From NCBI GenBank assembly GCA_963716255.1, contig OY970303.1, positions 4,160,001-4,224,000 on the forward strand: DNA of 64,000 nt. Direction: 5' to 3'. Positions within the stretch are counted from its first letter, which is position 1. Every line of letters starts with the position of its first letter. A program made the translations under genes and the position numbers. Below, piece after piece: positions 39,407-49,197 of the stretch. Below the pieces are notes generated by a model that saw nothing but the letters and a program-made list of their open reading frames with translations, had not been told where the DNA came from and ran no database searches. The stretch comes from an uncultured Gemmatimonadales bacterium (GTDB lineage Bacteria > Gemmatimonadota > Gemmatimonadetes > Longimicrobiales > Longimicrobiaceae).

Positions 39407-41875
39407 TCAGTTCGCCGTCTTTGCACCTCGCGGCGGCGCGTTCTTCACGTACCGGTCCATCCAGTCGATCATCTCGGCGAGCGTGTGCTGCACCGACTCG
39501 CGCGCCCGGTACCCGTGGGCCTCGTGCGGGAGCACCACGTAGCGCACGGTGGCGCCGTTGCCCTTGAGCGCGGCGTAGAACCGCTCGGTCTGCACCGGAA
39601 AGGTCCCCGAGTTGTCGTCCGCCTCGCCGTGGATCAGCAGGATGGGCTCGTCGACCCGGTCGGCGTGGTTGAAGGGGCTCATGCGGTCGTACACCTCGGC
39701 GGCCTCCCAGTAGCTGCGCGACTCGGCCTGGAAGCCGAAGGGCGTCAGCGTGCGGTTGTACGCCCCCGAGCGCGCGATGCCGGCGCGGAACAGGTCGGAC
39801 CGGGCCAGGAGGTTGGCGGTCATGAAGGCGCCGTAGCTGTGTCCGCCCATCCCGATGCGGTCCCGGTCCGCCACGCCCATCTCCACCACCTTGTCCACCG
39901 CGGCCCGCGCGCTGGCGACCAGCTGCTCCACGTACGTGTCGTTGGGCTCCCGGCCCCCGGCGCCCACGATGGGCATGGTGGGGCTGTCCAGCACGGCGTA
40001 CCCCTGCGTGAGCAGGAACAGGTGCGACGCTCCGGCCACCTGCGGGAAGCGGTTGGGCGAGTCGGCGAGCTGGCCGGCCGCCGCCGCGTCGCGGAACTCG
40101 CGCGGGTACGCCCACATCAGCATGGGGAGCGGCCCGTCGCGCCGGGCGTCGTACCCGGGAGGCGTGAAGAGCGTGGCGCTCAGCATCACGCCGTCGGCGC
40201 GGGGGTAGGTGATGATGCGCCGCTGGACGCCGGCGAGCTGCGGCGCCGGGTCGGGGAAGTCGGTGACCGCCGCCGCCGACCGGCGCGCCAGGTCGCGCAC
40301 GTAGTAGTTGGGCGGCTCGGTGAGCGCTTCGCGCCGGGTGAGGATGCGCTTTCCCTCGCGGTCCAGGAGCGAGACCAGGGTCTCGTAGTGCGGGTCGCGG
40401 GCCTGCCAGAGGCGCTCCGCCCTGCCGGTGGCCAGCGCCATCCGGTCCAGGAACGGGTAGCTCCCCCGCTCCGACGCGCCCTCGCCGGTCAGAAAGATCC
40501 GCCCGCCGTCCGGGGTGAAGACGAGCACGGGGAAGCCCGCCGGGTTGCGGGTGGTCACCGGGCTCCCCCGGTCGCCGTAGCGGTCCTCGGAGGAGCGGTC
40601 CCACAGCACCCGCGCCGCGCCGCCCGGGGCGGAGGGATCCACCACCTGGGCGCGGGCGCGGCTGGTGGTCTGCCAGCGCGACCTCACCAGCGCGAGGTCG
40701 CTCCTCCCCCAGGTGACGCCGTCGTAGCGCTGGTCCAGCTCCACCAGCGTGCGCGGGGCGCCGGTGAAGGGCGCGTCCAGCATCACCACCCGGTCGCGCA
40801 CGGGGGCCGCCCGGCGCGGGTCGCCGCCGTCCTGCGCCTCGGCCCACACCAGGGTGGCGGGGGCGTCGGAGCGCCAGGAAACGGAGCGCGGGCCGGTGCG
40901 CACGCGGTCCCTGCCGATGGGGGGCGGGCTCACTTCGGGGCGGTCGGACACCCGGTAGACGCTGCGGCCGGCGAGGTCCAGGACGAGGGTTTCGCCCGCG
41001 AAGGCGCTCATGGGCACCAGGTAGCTGAAGGGCCGCCGGACCCGGTCCACGCGCACGTACTCCCCGCCCGGCGCCACGCCGTAACCGCTGATGATGGCGG
41101 GCTCCCCGATGGGTGTGGGCGCGCCGCCGTCCAGCGGGACGCGCGCGAGCTGCGAGGTGAAGTGGTACTCGAAGAGCCGCTCGTCGTGCGGGGTGGCGAG
41201 CAGGTCCTGGTACGTCCGCGCCGGGGCCGCCCGCCCGGCGCTCTCCTGCACGATGGGGCCGGCGGGGACGCGCGGCTCGGGGGGCGCCTCGCCGCGCCCC
41301 GGGGCCCGCAGCGTGGCCAGGAGGGAGCGGCCGTCCGGCATCCACTGGAAGGGGGAGCCGGCCGCGGCGTTCAGCTCGGGCCCGGTGAGCCGGCGCGCCC
41401 GCGCGGCGGCGGCGTCCACCACCCACAGCTCGATCCCCTCCGGCGTGGTGCGGGCGAAGGCCAGGAGCGACCCGTCCGGCGACCACTCCGGCGAGGAGAT
41501 CCTCGCCCCCGCCGGGAGCTGCACCGCGCGGCGATTCCCCGCCCCCACGGGGCCCAGGGTGATGCCGTTGTAGTAGCTGGCCCGGCTGGGCCCGCCGGTG
41601 CGGGGGTTGATGCGCGCGCCCGCAAGCCGCAGCTCGGGCTCGGCCAGCTCGGCGATCCCCGGCATCTCCTCGCGCCCCAGGAGCGCCATGCGCTCGCGCC
41701 CGGGCGCCAGGAGGACGGTGGGGGCGGCGGGAGCGGCCAGGATCTGCGGGATGGGCGCGGGGGGCGTGCGGTAGACCGCGGGAATTCCCGGCGTGGCGTC
41801 CTGCGCGGGCGCGGGGCCGGCGGCCGCGAGCAGGGCGACGGCGGCCGCGGGCCAGGGCGAGGCGATGCGCTGCAT
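39407..41875 (-). CDS. S9 family serine peptidase (glutamyl endopeptidase-like), secreted
   Basis: GGHSYGAF, ARSGAYNRTLTPFGFQ, DDNSGT, HEAHGY. Confidence 0.93.
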   Translation of the reverse strand: MQRIASPWPAAAVALLAAAGPAPAQDATPGIPAVYRTPPAPIPQILAAPAAPTVLLAPGRERMALLGREEMPGIAELAEPELRLAGARINPRTGGPSRASYYNGITLGPVGAGNRRAVQLPAGARISSPEWSPDGSLLAFARTTPEGIELWVVDAAAARARRLTGPELNAAAGSPFQWMPDGRSLLATLRAPGRGEAPPEPRVPAGPIVQESAGRAAPARTYQDLLATPHDERLFEYHFTSQLARVPLDGGAPTPIGEPAIISGYGVAPGGEYVRVDRVRRPFSYLVPMSAFAGETLVLDLAGRSVYRVSDRPEVSPPPIGRDRVRTGPRSVSWRSDAPATLVWAEAQDGGDPRRAAPVRDRVVMLDAPFTGAPRTLVELDQRYDGVTWGRSDLALVRSRWQTTSRARAQVVDPSAPGGAARVLWDRSSEDRYGDRGSPVTTRNPAGFPVLVFTPDGGRIFLTGEGASERGSYPFLDRMALATGRAERLWQARDPHYETLVSLLDREGKRILTRREALTEPPNYYVRDLARRSAAAVTDFPDPAPQLAGVQRRIITYPRADGVMLSATLFTPPGYDARRDGPLPMLMWAYPREFRDAAAAGQLADSPNRFPQVAGASHLFLLTQGYAVLDSPTMPIVGAGGREPNDTYVEQLVASARAAVDKVVEMGVADRDRIGMGGHSYGAFMTANLLARSDLFRAGIARSGAYNRTLTPFGFQAESRSYWEAAEVYDRMSPFNHADRVDEPILLIHGEADDNSGTFPVQTERFYAALKGNGATVRYVVLPHEAHGYRARESVQHTLAEMIDWMDRYVKNAPPRGAKTAN

Positions 41876-42089
41876 GGGCCTTTGCGTGAAGCTGGGCAGG
41901 GGGAGCCGGCTTCGGGCGGCCGGCGGGAGCGCGTGGCGGATGCAGGGCAAGGTGGGGCGCCCCGGGGCCGGGGAGCAAGGGCGGCGCCGCGCCGGCCGGC
42001 GCGCTTTGCCCCGGTCTGCGCCGCGGGATAGATTGTGCCGGTGGCGCCTCCCCGCCACCTCCGCCGCGCGAACCCGCAGCCGCACGCCC

Positions 42090-44873
42090 GTGGAAAAGCC
42101 CGAGAAGACCCGTCCCCGCCTCTTCCTGATCGACGGCTACGCCCTGATCTACCGCGCGTTCTTCGCGCTGATCTCGCGGCCGCTGATCTCCGCCCGCGGC
42201 GAGAACACCTCCGCCGCCTGGGGCGTCACCAAGTTCCTCCTCAAGGTCATCGAGCAGCACGAGCCCGACTACCTGGGGATGGTGTTCGACGCGGGGACCT
42301 CCGACCGCCACGTCCTCTACCCGGAGTACAAGGCCACCCGGGAAAAGATGCCGGTCGAGCTGGACGGCTCGCTGCCGCGCATCCGGCAGCTGGTGGACGC
42401 CTTCCGCATCCCCATCGTGGAGCTGGCCGGCTTCGAGGCGGACGACGTCATCGGCACGCTGGCGCGCCTGGCCGCGGACGCGGAGCTGGAAACGGTGATC
42501 GTCTCCGGCGACAAGGACTTCTACCAGCTCATCCGCCCGCACGTGTGCCTGCTCAATCCCGGCCGCGGCGGGCCGCAGGCGGTGGACGAGGAGTGGGTGG
42601 ACACCCGCAACGCGCACGAGCGGCTGGGCGTGGCCCCGGAGCACGTGGTGGACTACCTGGGGCTCATCGGCGACACCTCGGACAACGTGCCCGGGGTGCG
42701 CGGGATCGGGCCGAAGACGGCGATCCAGCTCATCGAGCAGTTCGGCGGCATCGACGAGATCCTGGCCCGCACGGGGGAGATCACCGCGAAGCGCGCGCGT
42801 GAAGCCCTGGAAACGCACCGCGCCGACGCCCTGCTTTCCCGTGAGCTGGTCACCATCCGGGTGGACCTCCCCATGTCGCTGGACCTGGAGGCGCTGCGCC
42901 GCAAGGAGCCGGACCGGGCGCGCCTCAAGGAGATCTTCCTGGAGCTGGACTTCCACTCGCTGGTGCGCGACTACGGCGCCCCCGCCGCCGAGGCGAAGCC
43001 GGCGATGGCGACCACCTACCGGCTGGTGCAGTCGGCCGCCGACGCCCGCGCGCTGGCCGAGCGCATGCGCGAGCGCGGCAGCGTGTCGCTGGACACGGAA
43101 ACCACCAGCACCGACCCGGTGCGCGCCGACCTGATCGGGATCTCGGTGGCGCTGGAGCCGGGGGAGGCGTACTACCTCCCCTTCGCGCACTGCCTGCCCG
43201 GCGGAGGGCAGGGGGAGCTGCTGGAGGAGGGCGGGGAGGACCGGCCGGCGCCGGAGCCCCCGGCGTGCCTGCCGCCGCTGCTCAGCGAGGAGATGGCGCC
43301 GCTGGTGGCGGCCATCGAGGCCGCGGAGGTGGAGAAGGTGGGGCAGAACCTCAAGTACGACCTGCTGGTGCTGCGCCGCGCCGGGGTGCGGCTGGAGGGG
43401 ATCGGCTTCGACACCATGATCGCCAGCTACCTGCTGGACCCGGGGCGCCGCGAGCACGGCATGGACTCGCTGGCGCTCCAGTACCTGGACCACCGCACCA
43501 TCAGCTACGAGGAGGTGACGGGGAAGGGGAAGTCGCAGATCCCCTTCGCCTGGGTGCCGCTGGAGCGCGCCCGCGACTACGCCGCGGAGGACGCGGACGT
43601 GACGCTGCGGCTGCGGGACCTGTTCGCGCCGGAGCTGGAGAAGCTGCACCTGGACGACCTGTTCCGCCGCATCGAGATGCCGCTGGTGGAAGTGCTTGCG
43701 GAGATGGAGTGGAACGGCATCCGCATCGACGAGCCCTTCTTCCACGAGCTGCACCGGCGCCTGCTGGGTCAGCTGGAGGCGGTGCGGGCGACGATCCACA
43801 CGGAGGCGGGCGGGGAGTTCAACATCAACTCCAACCCCCAGCTGCGCGAGATCCTCTTCGACCGGCTGAAGCTGCCGGTGATCAAGCGCACCAAGACGGG
43901 CGCTTCCACCGACGTGGAGGTGCTTCAGGCGCTGGCCGCGCAGGGGCACCGCCTGCCGGAGCTGCTGATGGAGTACCGGCAGCTGGACAAGCTGCTTTCC
44001 ACCTACGTGGACGCGCTTCCCCGCATGGTGAACCCGGAGACGGGGCGCATCCACACCTCGTTCAACCAGACCATCGCGGCCACGGGGCGCCTGTCGTCCA
44101 CCGACCCCAACCTGCAGAACATCCCCATCCGCACGGAGATGGGAGCGGAGATCCGCCGCGGCTTCGTGCCGCAGGAGGGGCACCTCTTCTTTTCGGCGGA
44201 CTACTCGCAGATCGAGCTGCGCATCCTGGCGCACTACTCGGAGGACCCGGCCTTCGTGGAGGCCTTCCGCCTGGGCGAGGACATCCACCGGCAGACGGCG
44301 GCGCTGATCTTCGGGGTGGAGCGCGAGGCGGTGACGCGCGAGATGCGCGACCGCGCCAAGACGGTGAACTTCGCGGTGATCTACGGCATCGGCGCGTTCT
44401 CGCTGGCGAACCGCCTGGGGATCTCCAACGCGGAGGGGAAGCAGTTCATCGACGCCTACTTCGAGCGCTTCCCCGGGGTGCGCGCCTACCTGGACCGCCA
44501 GATCGAGCTGGCCCGCGAGAACGGCTTCGTGGAAACGCTCACCGGCCGCCGCCGCTACATCCCCGAGATCACGGCCCGCAACTTCAGCGTCCGCGCCTTC
44601 GGCGAGCGCGCCGCCACCAACGCCCCCATCCAGGGCTCCTCGGCGGACATCATCAAGATCGCCATGATCGACATCCACCGCGAGCTGCAGAAGGGCGACC
44701 TGCGCGCCAGGATGCTCCTCCAGGTGCACGACGAGCTCCTGTTCGAGGTGCCGAGGGATCAGGTGGACGACCTGCGCGAGATGGTGAAGGCGAAGATGGA
44801 GGGCGCCATCGAGCTCAAGGTGCCCCTGCGCGTGGAGACGGGTTTGGGCCAAAACTGGCTCGAGTGCAAGTGA
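42090..44873 (+). CDS. polA: DNA polymerase I
   Basis: 5'-3' exo LIDG...EADD, 3'-5' exo DTET, ADYSQIELR, AKTVNF..IYG, QVHDEL. Confidence 0.98.
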   Translation: MEKPEKTRPRLFLIDGYALIYRAFFALISRPLISARGENTSAAWGVTKFLLKVIEQHEPDYLGMVFDAGTSDRHVLYPEYKATREKMPVELDGSLPRIRQLVDAFRIPIVELAGFEADDVIGTLARLAADAELETVIVSGDKDFYQLIRPHVCLLNPGRGGPQAVDEEWVDTRNAHERLGVAPEHVVDYLGLIGDTSDNVPGVRGIGPKTAIQLIEQFGGIDEILARTGEITAKRAREALETHRADALLSRELVTIRVDLPMSLDLEALRRKEPDRARLKEIFLELDFHSLVRDYGAPAAEAKPAMATTYRLVQSAADARALAERMRERGSVSLDTETTSTDPVRADLIGISVALEPGEAYYLPFAHCLPGGGQGELLEEGGEDRPAPEPPACLPPLLSEEMAPLVAAIEAAEVEKVGQNLKYDLLVLRRAGVRLEGIGFDTMIASYLLDPGRREHGMDSLALQYLDHRTISYEEVTGKGKSQIPFAWVPLERARDYAAEDADVTLRLRDLFAPELEKLHLDDLFRRIEMPLVEVLAEMEWNGIRIDEPFFHELHRRLLGQLEAVRATIHTEAGGEFNINSNPQLREILFDRLKLPVIKRTKTGASTDVEVLQALAAQGHRLPELLMEYRQLDKLLSTYVDALPRMVNPETGRIHTSFNQTIAATGRLSSTDPNLQNIPIRTEMGAEIRRGFVPQEGHLFFSADYSQIELRILAHYSEDPAFVEAFRLGEDIHRQTAALIFGVEREAVTREMRDRAKTVNFAVIYGIGAFSLANRLGISNAEGKQFIDAYFERFPGVRAYLDRQIELARENGFVETLTGRRRYIPEITARNFSVRAFGERAATNAPIQGSSADIIKIAMIDIHRELQKGDLRARMLLQVHDELLFEVPRDQVDDLREMVKAKMEGAIELKVPLRVETGLGQNWLECK

Positions 44874-44883
44874 CGGCTCGATA

Positions 44884-44979
44884 AATCGCGCAGCTCTGCG
44901 TTGCCCTGCGGGCGGCTCCCTGCGACGTACATAAAGTACGCCTCGGTCGCCGTCCTCGGGCGCCTTGATCTGCACGATT
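44884..44979. repeat. Long imperfect rod-like folded element after polA
   Basis: AATCGCGCAG/CTGCACGATT, GCCC/GGGC, GGGCGGC/GCCGTCC, CGTAC-ATAAA-GTACG nested stems. Confidence 0.6.
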
Positions 44980-45072
44980 CCTCTTCGCCTTGTCGTGTCG
45001 TGCCCGTCCGAACGGACACAGGGGGAGAACAACGCTGCCGTGCCGTTCCCGCTGTATCCAAATGAATCTGTT

Positions 45073-45197
45073 CGGAGGGAGACTCACGCGGCAGTTTGCG
45101 TGAGGCTCCCTCCGGCGAAGGGAGACCCGGGGCGGTTTCCGGGGCTCCCGCAGCCCGCGCAGGAGACGGACGGCAGTATCGTCCGGCTCCGGAGCGG
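45073..45197 (+). repeat. Family B triple-hairpin element copy 2
   Basis: Three hairpins with loops GCAGTTT, GCGGTTT, GCAGTAT. Confidence 0.92.
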
Positions 45198-45328
45198 CCC
45201 ACGAATGCCGAAGAAAACGACCTGCTTTCGCCCCGCAACCCCGCGCGCTAGTTTGCAACGCCCGTCCATTTCCTTCGCTGGAGGCCCCATGGCCCTGAGC
45301 ACCGGTTCGCCGCACGCCGCGGGGGGCG

Positions 45329-46255
45329 ATGCCCACGCCCACCCCTGACGCGCCCCGCCCGCTCCCGTTCGTCCTGGGCGTCGTCGGCGACTCGGGGAGC
45401 GGCAAGAGCACCATCGCCCGGGGCGTGCGGGCGCTGATCGGGGGGGACAACGTCACCTCGCTGGAGCTGGACGACTACCTGCGCTACAACCGCGCGGAGC
45501 GTGCGGAGCGGGGGCTGACGGCGCTCAACCCGCTGGTGCACAACCTCCCGCTGATGCAGGAGCACCTGCAGCTCCTCCGCCGCGGGCGCCCGGTGCGCAA
45601 CCGCGCCTACGACCACACGGACGGCTCCTTCGGCCCCGTGCGGGTGATCGAGCCGCGCGACGTGGTGCTGGCGCGCGGGCTGCTGGGCTTTCCCACGGAG
45701 GAGCTGGGGAAGTCGTACGACCTGTCGGTGTTCGTGCACCCGGAGCCGGAGCTGCTCTTCCGCTGGAAGCTGCGCCGCGACGTGCAGACGCGCGGCTACT
45801 CGGAGGCGGAGGTGCTGAAGCACATCGCGCAGCACCTGCTGGACTCCAAGCAGTTCGTCGCGCCGCAGGCGGAGCGCGCGGACCTGGTGGTGCGCTACGA
45901 GATCCCGGAATGGGACGCGGCGGACTCGGACGCGCGGGTGTCGCTGGTGCTGCGGCGCGGGGCGGCGGAGGCGCTGCGCGGAGCGGCGATCGAGCGCTTC
46001 GGCGAGGCGGCGCGGATGGAGGAGCGGGACGGGGAGCGCGTCATCCGCCTGGACGCGGGGCTGTCGCTGGAGAGCGTGGACGCCTGGGGGCGGGAACGCT
46101 TTCCGGACACCTTCGCGCCGGACGCCGTGGGCGCCTTCTGGGACCAGGAGGGGGGCTCGTCGCGCCTTCCCTCGCTGGCCTTCACGGAGGTGCTGATCGC
46201 GGCGCTGACGCAGCGTCTCCGGCGCGTGGAGGAGGCGCCGCCGCCGGCGCTCTGA
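45329..46255 (+). CDS. Phosphoribulokinase/uridine kinase family protein
   Basis: GDSGSGKST, LDDY, TALNP, YDH..G.F, WKLRRD..RG, PQ..AD. Confidence 0.85.
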   Translation: MPTPTPDAPRPLPFVLGVVGDSGSGKSTIARGVRALIGGDNVTSLELDDYLRYNRAERAERGLTALNPLVHNLPLMQEHLQLLRRGRPVRNRAYDHTDGSFGPVRVIEPRDVVLARGLLGFPTEELGKSYDLSVFVHPEPELLFRWKLRRDVQTRGYSEAEVLKHIAQHLLDSKQFVAPQAERADLVVRYEIPEWDAADSDARVSLVLRRGAAEALRGAAIERFGEAARMEERDGERVIRLDAGLSLESVDAWGRERFPDTFAPDAVGAFWDQEGGSSRLPSLAFTEVLIAALTQRLRRVEEAPPPAL

Positions 46256-46439
46256 CCCGCGGCGCCCCGGGGCGGCGCGCACGCCGCCGCGCGGGCCCGG
46301 GGGCCCGCGCGGCGGTTTTCTTGCGTACGCCTGCCGAGCCCCGTCCGCAGCCTCCACCCGGTCCCGTATGCCGCCGTCCGCACGCTCCCGGAGCCGTTCC
46401 CGCGGCGCCTTCCCCCGCCGCCGCGCCGACCGGTAGCGC

Positions 46440-47006
46440 GTGGCGTTTCCTCCCGCGCACCTGCTGGTGGGGGCCGGGGTGGCGGAGGTGGTGCGGAGCG
46501 CCGCGCCGCCGCTGCCGCGCCGGCGGGCCTGGGCCGTGGCGGCTTCGCTCGCGGTGGTGCCGGACCTGGACCTGGTGCTGGGTCTGGCGCTGGGGCGCGG
46601 CGCGGAGTACCACGGGACCTTCACCCACAGCATCGTGGCCACGCTGGTGGTGGGGCTCGCGGCGGCGGCGCTGGCGGGGTGGCGCTGGGGGGTGCTGGCG
46701 GGGGCGGGGTACGGCTCGCACCTGCTGGTGGACCTGCTGGACGACCGCGGGCGCACCAACGTGCTGCTGGGCTGGCCGTTCACCCACGAGCGCCCCTTCG
46801 CCATCGCGCGCGTCTTTCCACCGGTCCCCTTCGGGCGGGCCGGCGGGCTGCGCGAGTCGGTCCTGGCGCTGCCCCGCCCGGAGGCGCTGCTGGCGCTCGC
46901 CCAGCAGACGCTGATCGGCGGTCTGTTCTTCCTGGCGCTGCTGGCGCTGGCCGGGGCGCTGCGCGTGGCGCGGCGCCGGCGGCGCGCCCGGCACGCCGCT
47001 CCCTGA
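46440..47006 (+). CDS. Membrane metal-dependent hydrolase (YdjM-like)
   Basis: H...PDLD...H.TFTHS...SHLLVD. Confidence 0.85.
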   Translation: MAFPPAHLLVGAGVAEVVRSAAPPLPRRRAWAVAASLAVVPDLDLVLGLALGRGAEYHGTFTHSIVATLVVGLAAAALAGWRWGVLAGAGYGSHLLVDLLDDRGRTNVLLGWPFTHERPFAIARVFPPVPFGRAGGLRESVLALPRPEALLALAQQTLIGGLFFLALLALAGALRVARRRRRARHAAP

Positions 47007-47028
47007 CGCCTTCCGGCACCCTCCCGCC

Positions 47029-48951
47029 ATGTCCACCGCTCCCGCGCAGGACCGCTCGCGCGCCCCGCTCCTGGAAGCCTTCGCGCGCGACGCGCGGCAC
47101 TCGGCGCGCGCGCTGCGGCGCGTCCGCGGCTTCGCGGCCACGGCGGTGCTGACGCTGGCGCTGGGCGTGGGCGCGGCGATCCCCATGCTGGGGCTGGTGG
47201 TGGCGGGGCGGGGAAGGCCTGCGCCCTCGGCGCTCCCCGCGCCGCTGGAGCCGGCGGGGGGCGGGCGGCTGGCGTGGGGCGCCGCCGCGCGCACGGTGGA
47301 TGGCATCCGGCACGACGGGGTGGAGCTGCTGCTGGCGGTGCTGCTGGGGCTGGCGGCGGCGGCGCTGGCGCTGGCGTGCGCCAACCTGGCGATCCTGCTG
47401 CTTTCCCGCGCGGGGGCGCGGCGGCACGAGATGGCGGTGCGGGCGGCGCTGGGCGCGGGCCGCGGGGCGATCGCGCGGCAGCTCCTGGCGGAGGGCGCGC
47501 TGCTGGCGGCGGTGGGGGTGGGGGCCGGGGTCGTGCTGGGGCTGGCGGGGGCGGCGCTGCTCCCGGCGACCTGGCCGGCGGGGCTGGCGCGCTTCGCGGA
47601 CGGCGCGGCGGTGGCCCGCGCGGCGGTGGCGGTGGCGGGAGGGATGGCGGCGGTGGGGCTGCTTTTCGGCCTGGCGCCCGCTCTCGGCGCGGCCGGCCGC
47701 GGGCCGGGCGCCCTGCTCGCGGCGGGGGCGCGCGCCACCGGCGACCGCGCGGAGGGGCGCCTGCGCGGCGCGCTGATGGTGCTCGGGGTGGGGCTGTCGG
47801 TGGTGCTGCTGACGGCCACGGGGCTGCTGGTGCGCGGCGCGGCGCCCTCACTCGCCGGCGGGGAGGGCGGGATCGACGTGCGCGACACGGTGACGATGCG
47901 GGTGGACCTCGCCGCGGCGGACCCGGCGGCGCGGGCGGCGCTGCTGGAAACGGTGCTGGAGCGCGCCGCGGCGGTGCCCGGCGCGCGGGCCGCGACCGCG
48001 TCCACGGACGGCGCGTGGACGGGGCTGGGGACGGAGGACGCGGTGCGCTCCTTCTGCCCGGCGGAGTGCTGGCTGTACTACGTCCCCATTCCCATGTTCG
48101 ATCGCGTGGCGCGCCACCACGCGGTGAGCCCGGGCTTCTTCCGCGCGCACGGGGTCCCGGTGCTGCGCGGGCGGGAGCTCACGGCCGCGGACGGGCCGGG
48201 GGGCGCTCCGGTGGCGGTGGTCAACCGCACCTTCGGCCAGCGCCTGTTCCCCAACGGCGAGCCGCTGGGAAAGCGGATCCGGGTGGGCGGGCCGGCCGGG
48301 CGGTGGTATACGGTGGTGGGGATCGTGCCGGACCTGCGGCCGCGCGGGCTGGGCACGGGCGGCGAGCCCCCCATGCCCGCCCTGTACCTGTCGGCGCTCC
48401 AGCACCCGCCGCGCTCGGTGGCGCTGGCCGTGCGCGGACCCGGCGATCCCGGGCGGCTCGCCGGCGCCGTGGAGGCGGCGGTGCGCGCCGCCGCCCCCGG
48501 CTCCAGGATCTCCGGGGTGGGCACCATGGCCGCGGAACTGTCGCGCTTCGCGGCCCCGCTGCGCTGGTTCGGCGCGCTCTTCGGGGTGCTCGCCGCGGCG
48601 GCCGTGCTCCTCGCCGTGATGGGCGTGTACGGTGTGATGTCGTACAACGTGGCCCGGCGCACGCGCGAGGTGGGGGTGCGGATGGCGCTGGGCGCGCGCG
48701 TGGCGGACGTGATGCGGCTGGTGGTGGGCGCGGGGATGCGCCTCACCGCCGTCGGGGCGGTGGTGGGGCTGTGGGGCGCCCTCAGCGTGGCGCGCCTGCT
48801 GGAGGTCAAATTCCAGGGGGTGGATTCGCTCGACCTGCCGGTGTACGCGGCCGTCGCGGCGCTCCTCGCCGCGGTGTCGCTCGCCGGGAGCTGGATCCCC
48901 GCCCGCCGCGCCGCCCGCGTGGACCCCATGGTGGCGCTGCGCGCGGAGTGA
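47029..48951 (+). CDS. Orphan MacB/FtsX-type duplicated ABC permease with shortened first periplasmic domain
   Basis: LTLALGVG, CANLA.LL, E.AVR.ALGA, VSPGFF, R.REVGVRMALGA, PARRAARVDP..ALR.E. Confidence 0.88.
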   Translation: MSTAPAQDRSRAPLLEAFARDARHSARALRRVRGFAATAVLTLALGVGAAIPMLGLVVAGRGRPAPSALPAPLEPAGGGRLAWGAAARTVDGIRHDGVELLLAVLLGLAAAALALACANLAILLLSRAGARRHEMAVRAALGAGRGAIARQLLAEGALLAAVGVGAGVVLGLAGAALLPATWPAGLARFADGAAVARAAVAVAGGMAAVGLLFGLAPALGAAGRGPGALLAAGARATGDRAEGRLRGALMVLGVGLSVVLLTATGLLVRGAAPSLAGGEGGIDVRDTVTMRVDLAAADPAARAALLETVLERAAAVPGARAATASTDGAWTGLGTEDAVRSFCPAECWLYYVPIPMFDRVARHHAVSPGFFRAHGVPVLRGRELTAADGPGGAPVAVVNRTFGQRLFPNGEPLGKRIRVGGPAGRWYTVVGIVPDLRPRGLGTGGEPPMPALYLSALQHPPRSVALAVRGPGDPGRLAGAVEAAVRAAAPGSRISGVGTMAAELSRFAAPLRWFGALFGVLAAAAVLLAVMGVYGVMSYNVARRTREVGVRMALGARVADVMRLVVGAGMRLTAVGAVVGLWGALSVARLLEVKFQGVDSLDLPVYAAVAALLAAVSLAGSWIPARRAARVDPMVALRAE

Positions 48952-49012
48952 AGGGAACGGGGGACCAGCCTGCCGCGGTGGGGGGCCCCAGCGGACGCCA
49001 GCGCGATGCCCC

Positions 49013-49139
49013 GCGTGAGGGATTACGGCCCGAAGGGGCGAGACCCCGCGGCTGTTTGCGGGGGCTCGACTCCGTTATGCACGGTTGTTCGTGCGTTACG
49101 GAGCCGAAGCCCGACCCCGGCGCAGCCGGGGGCACGCCC
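49013..49139 (+). repeat. Family A structured element copy 11
   Basis: Conserved framework. Confidence 0.95.
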
Positions 49140-49197
49140 GAACCCGCGGTCGCTCCTGACCGACCTTGCAGCACTCAGAACAATGGAGTAGACGCAG

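Noticed and set aside
39339..45032. 1897-aa minus-strand ORF
   Set aside because: Shadow of polA and the S9 peptidase; low-complexity Arg/Gly/Pro sequence.
8280..49191. Recurrent peptides such as RVRDYGPKGRD and GRAPGWRRGRASAP in the ORF track
   Set aside because: These are translations of family A in stop-poor high-GC DNA; substitutions follow base pairing, not codons.
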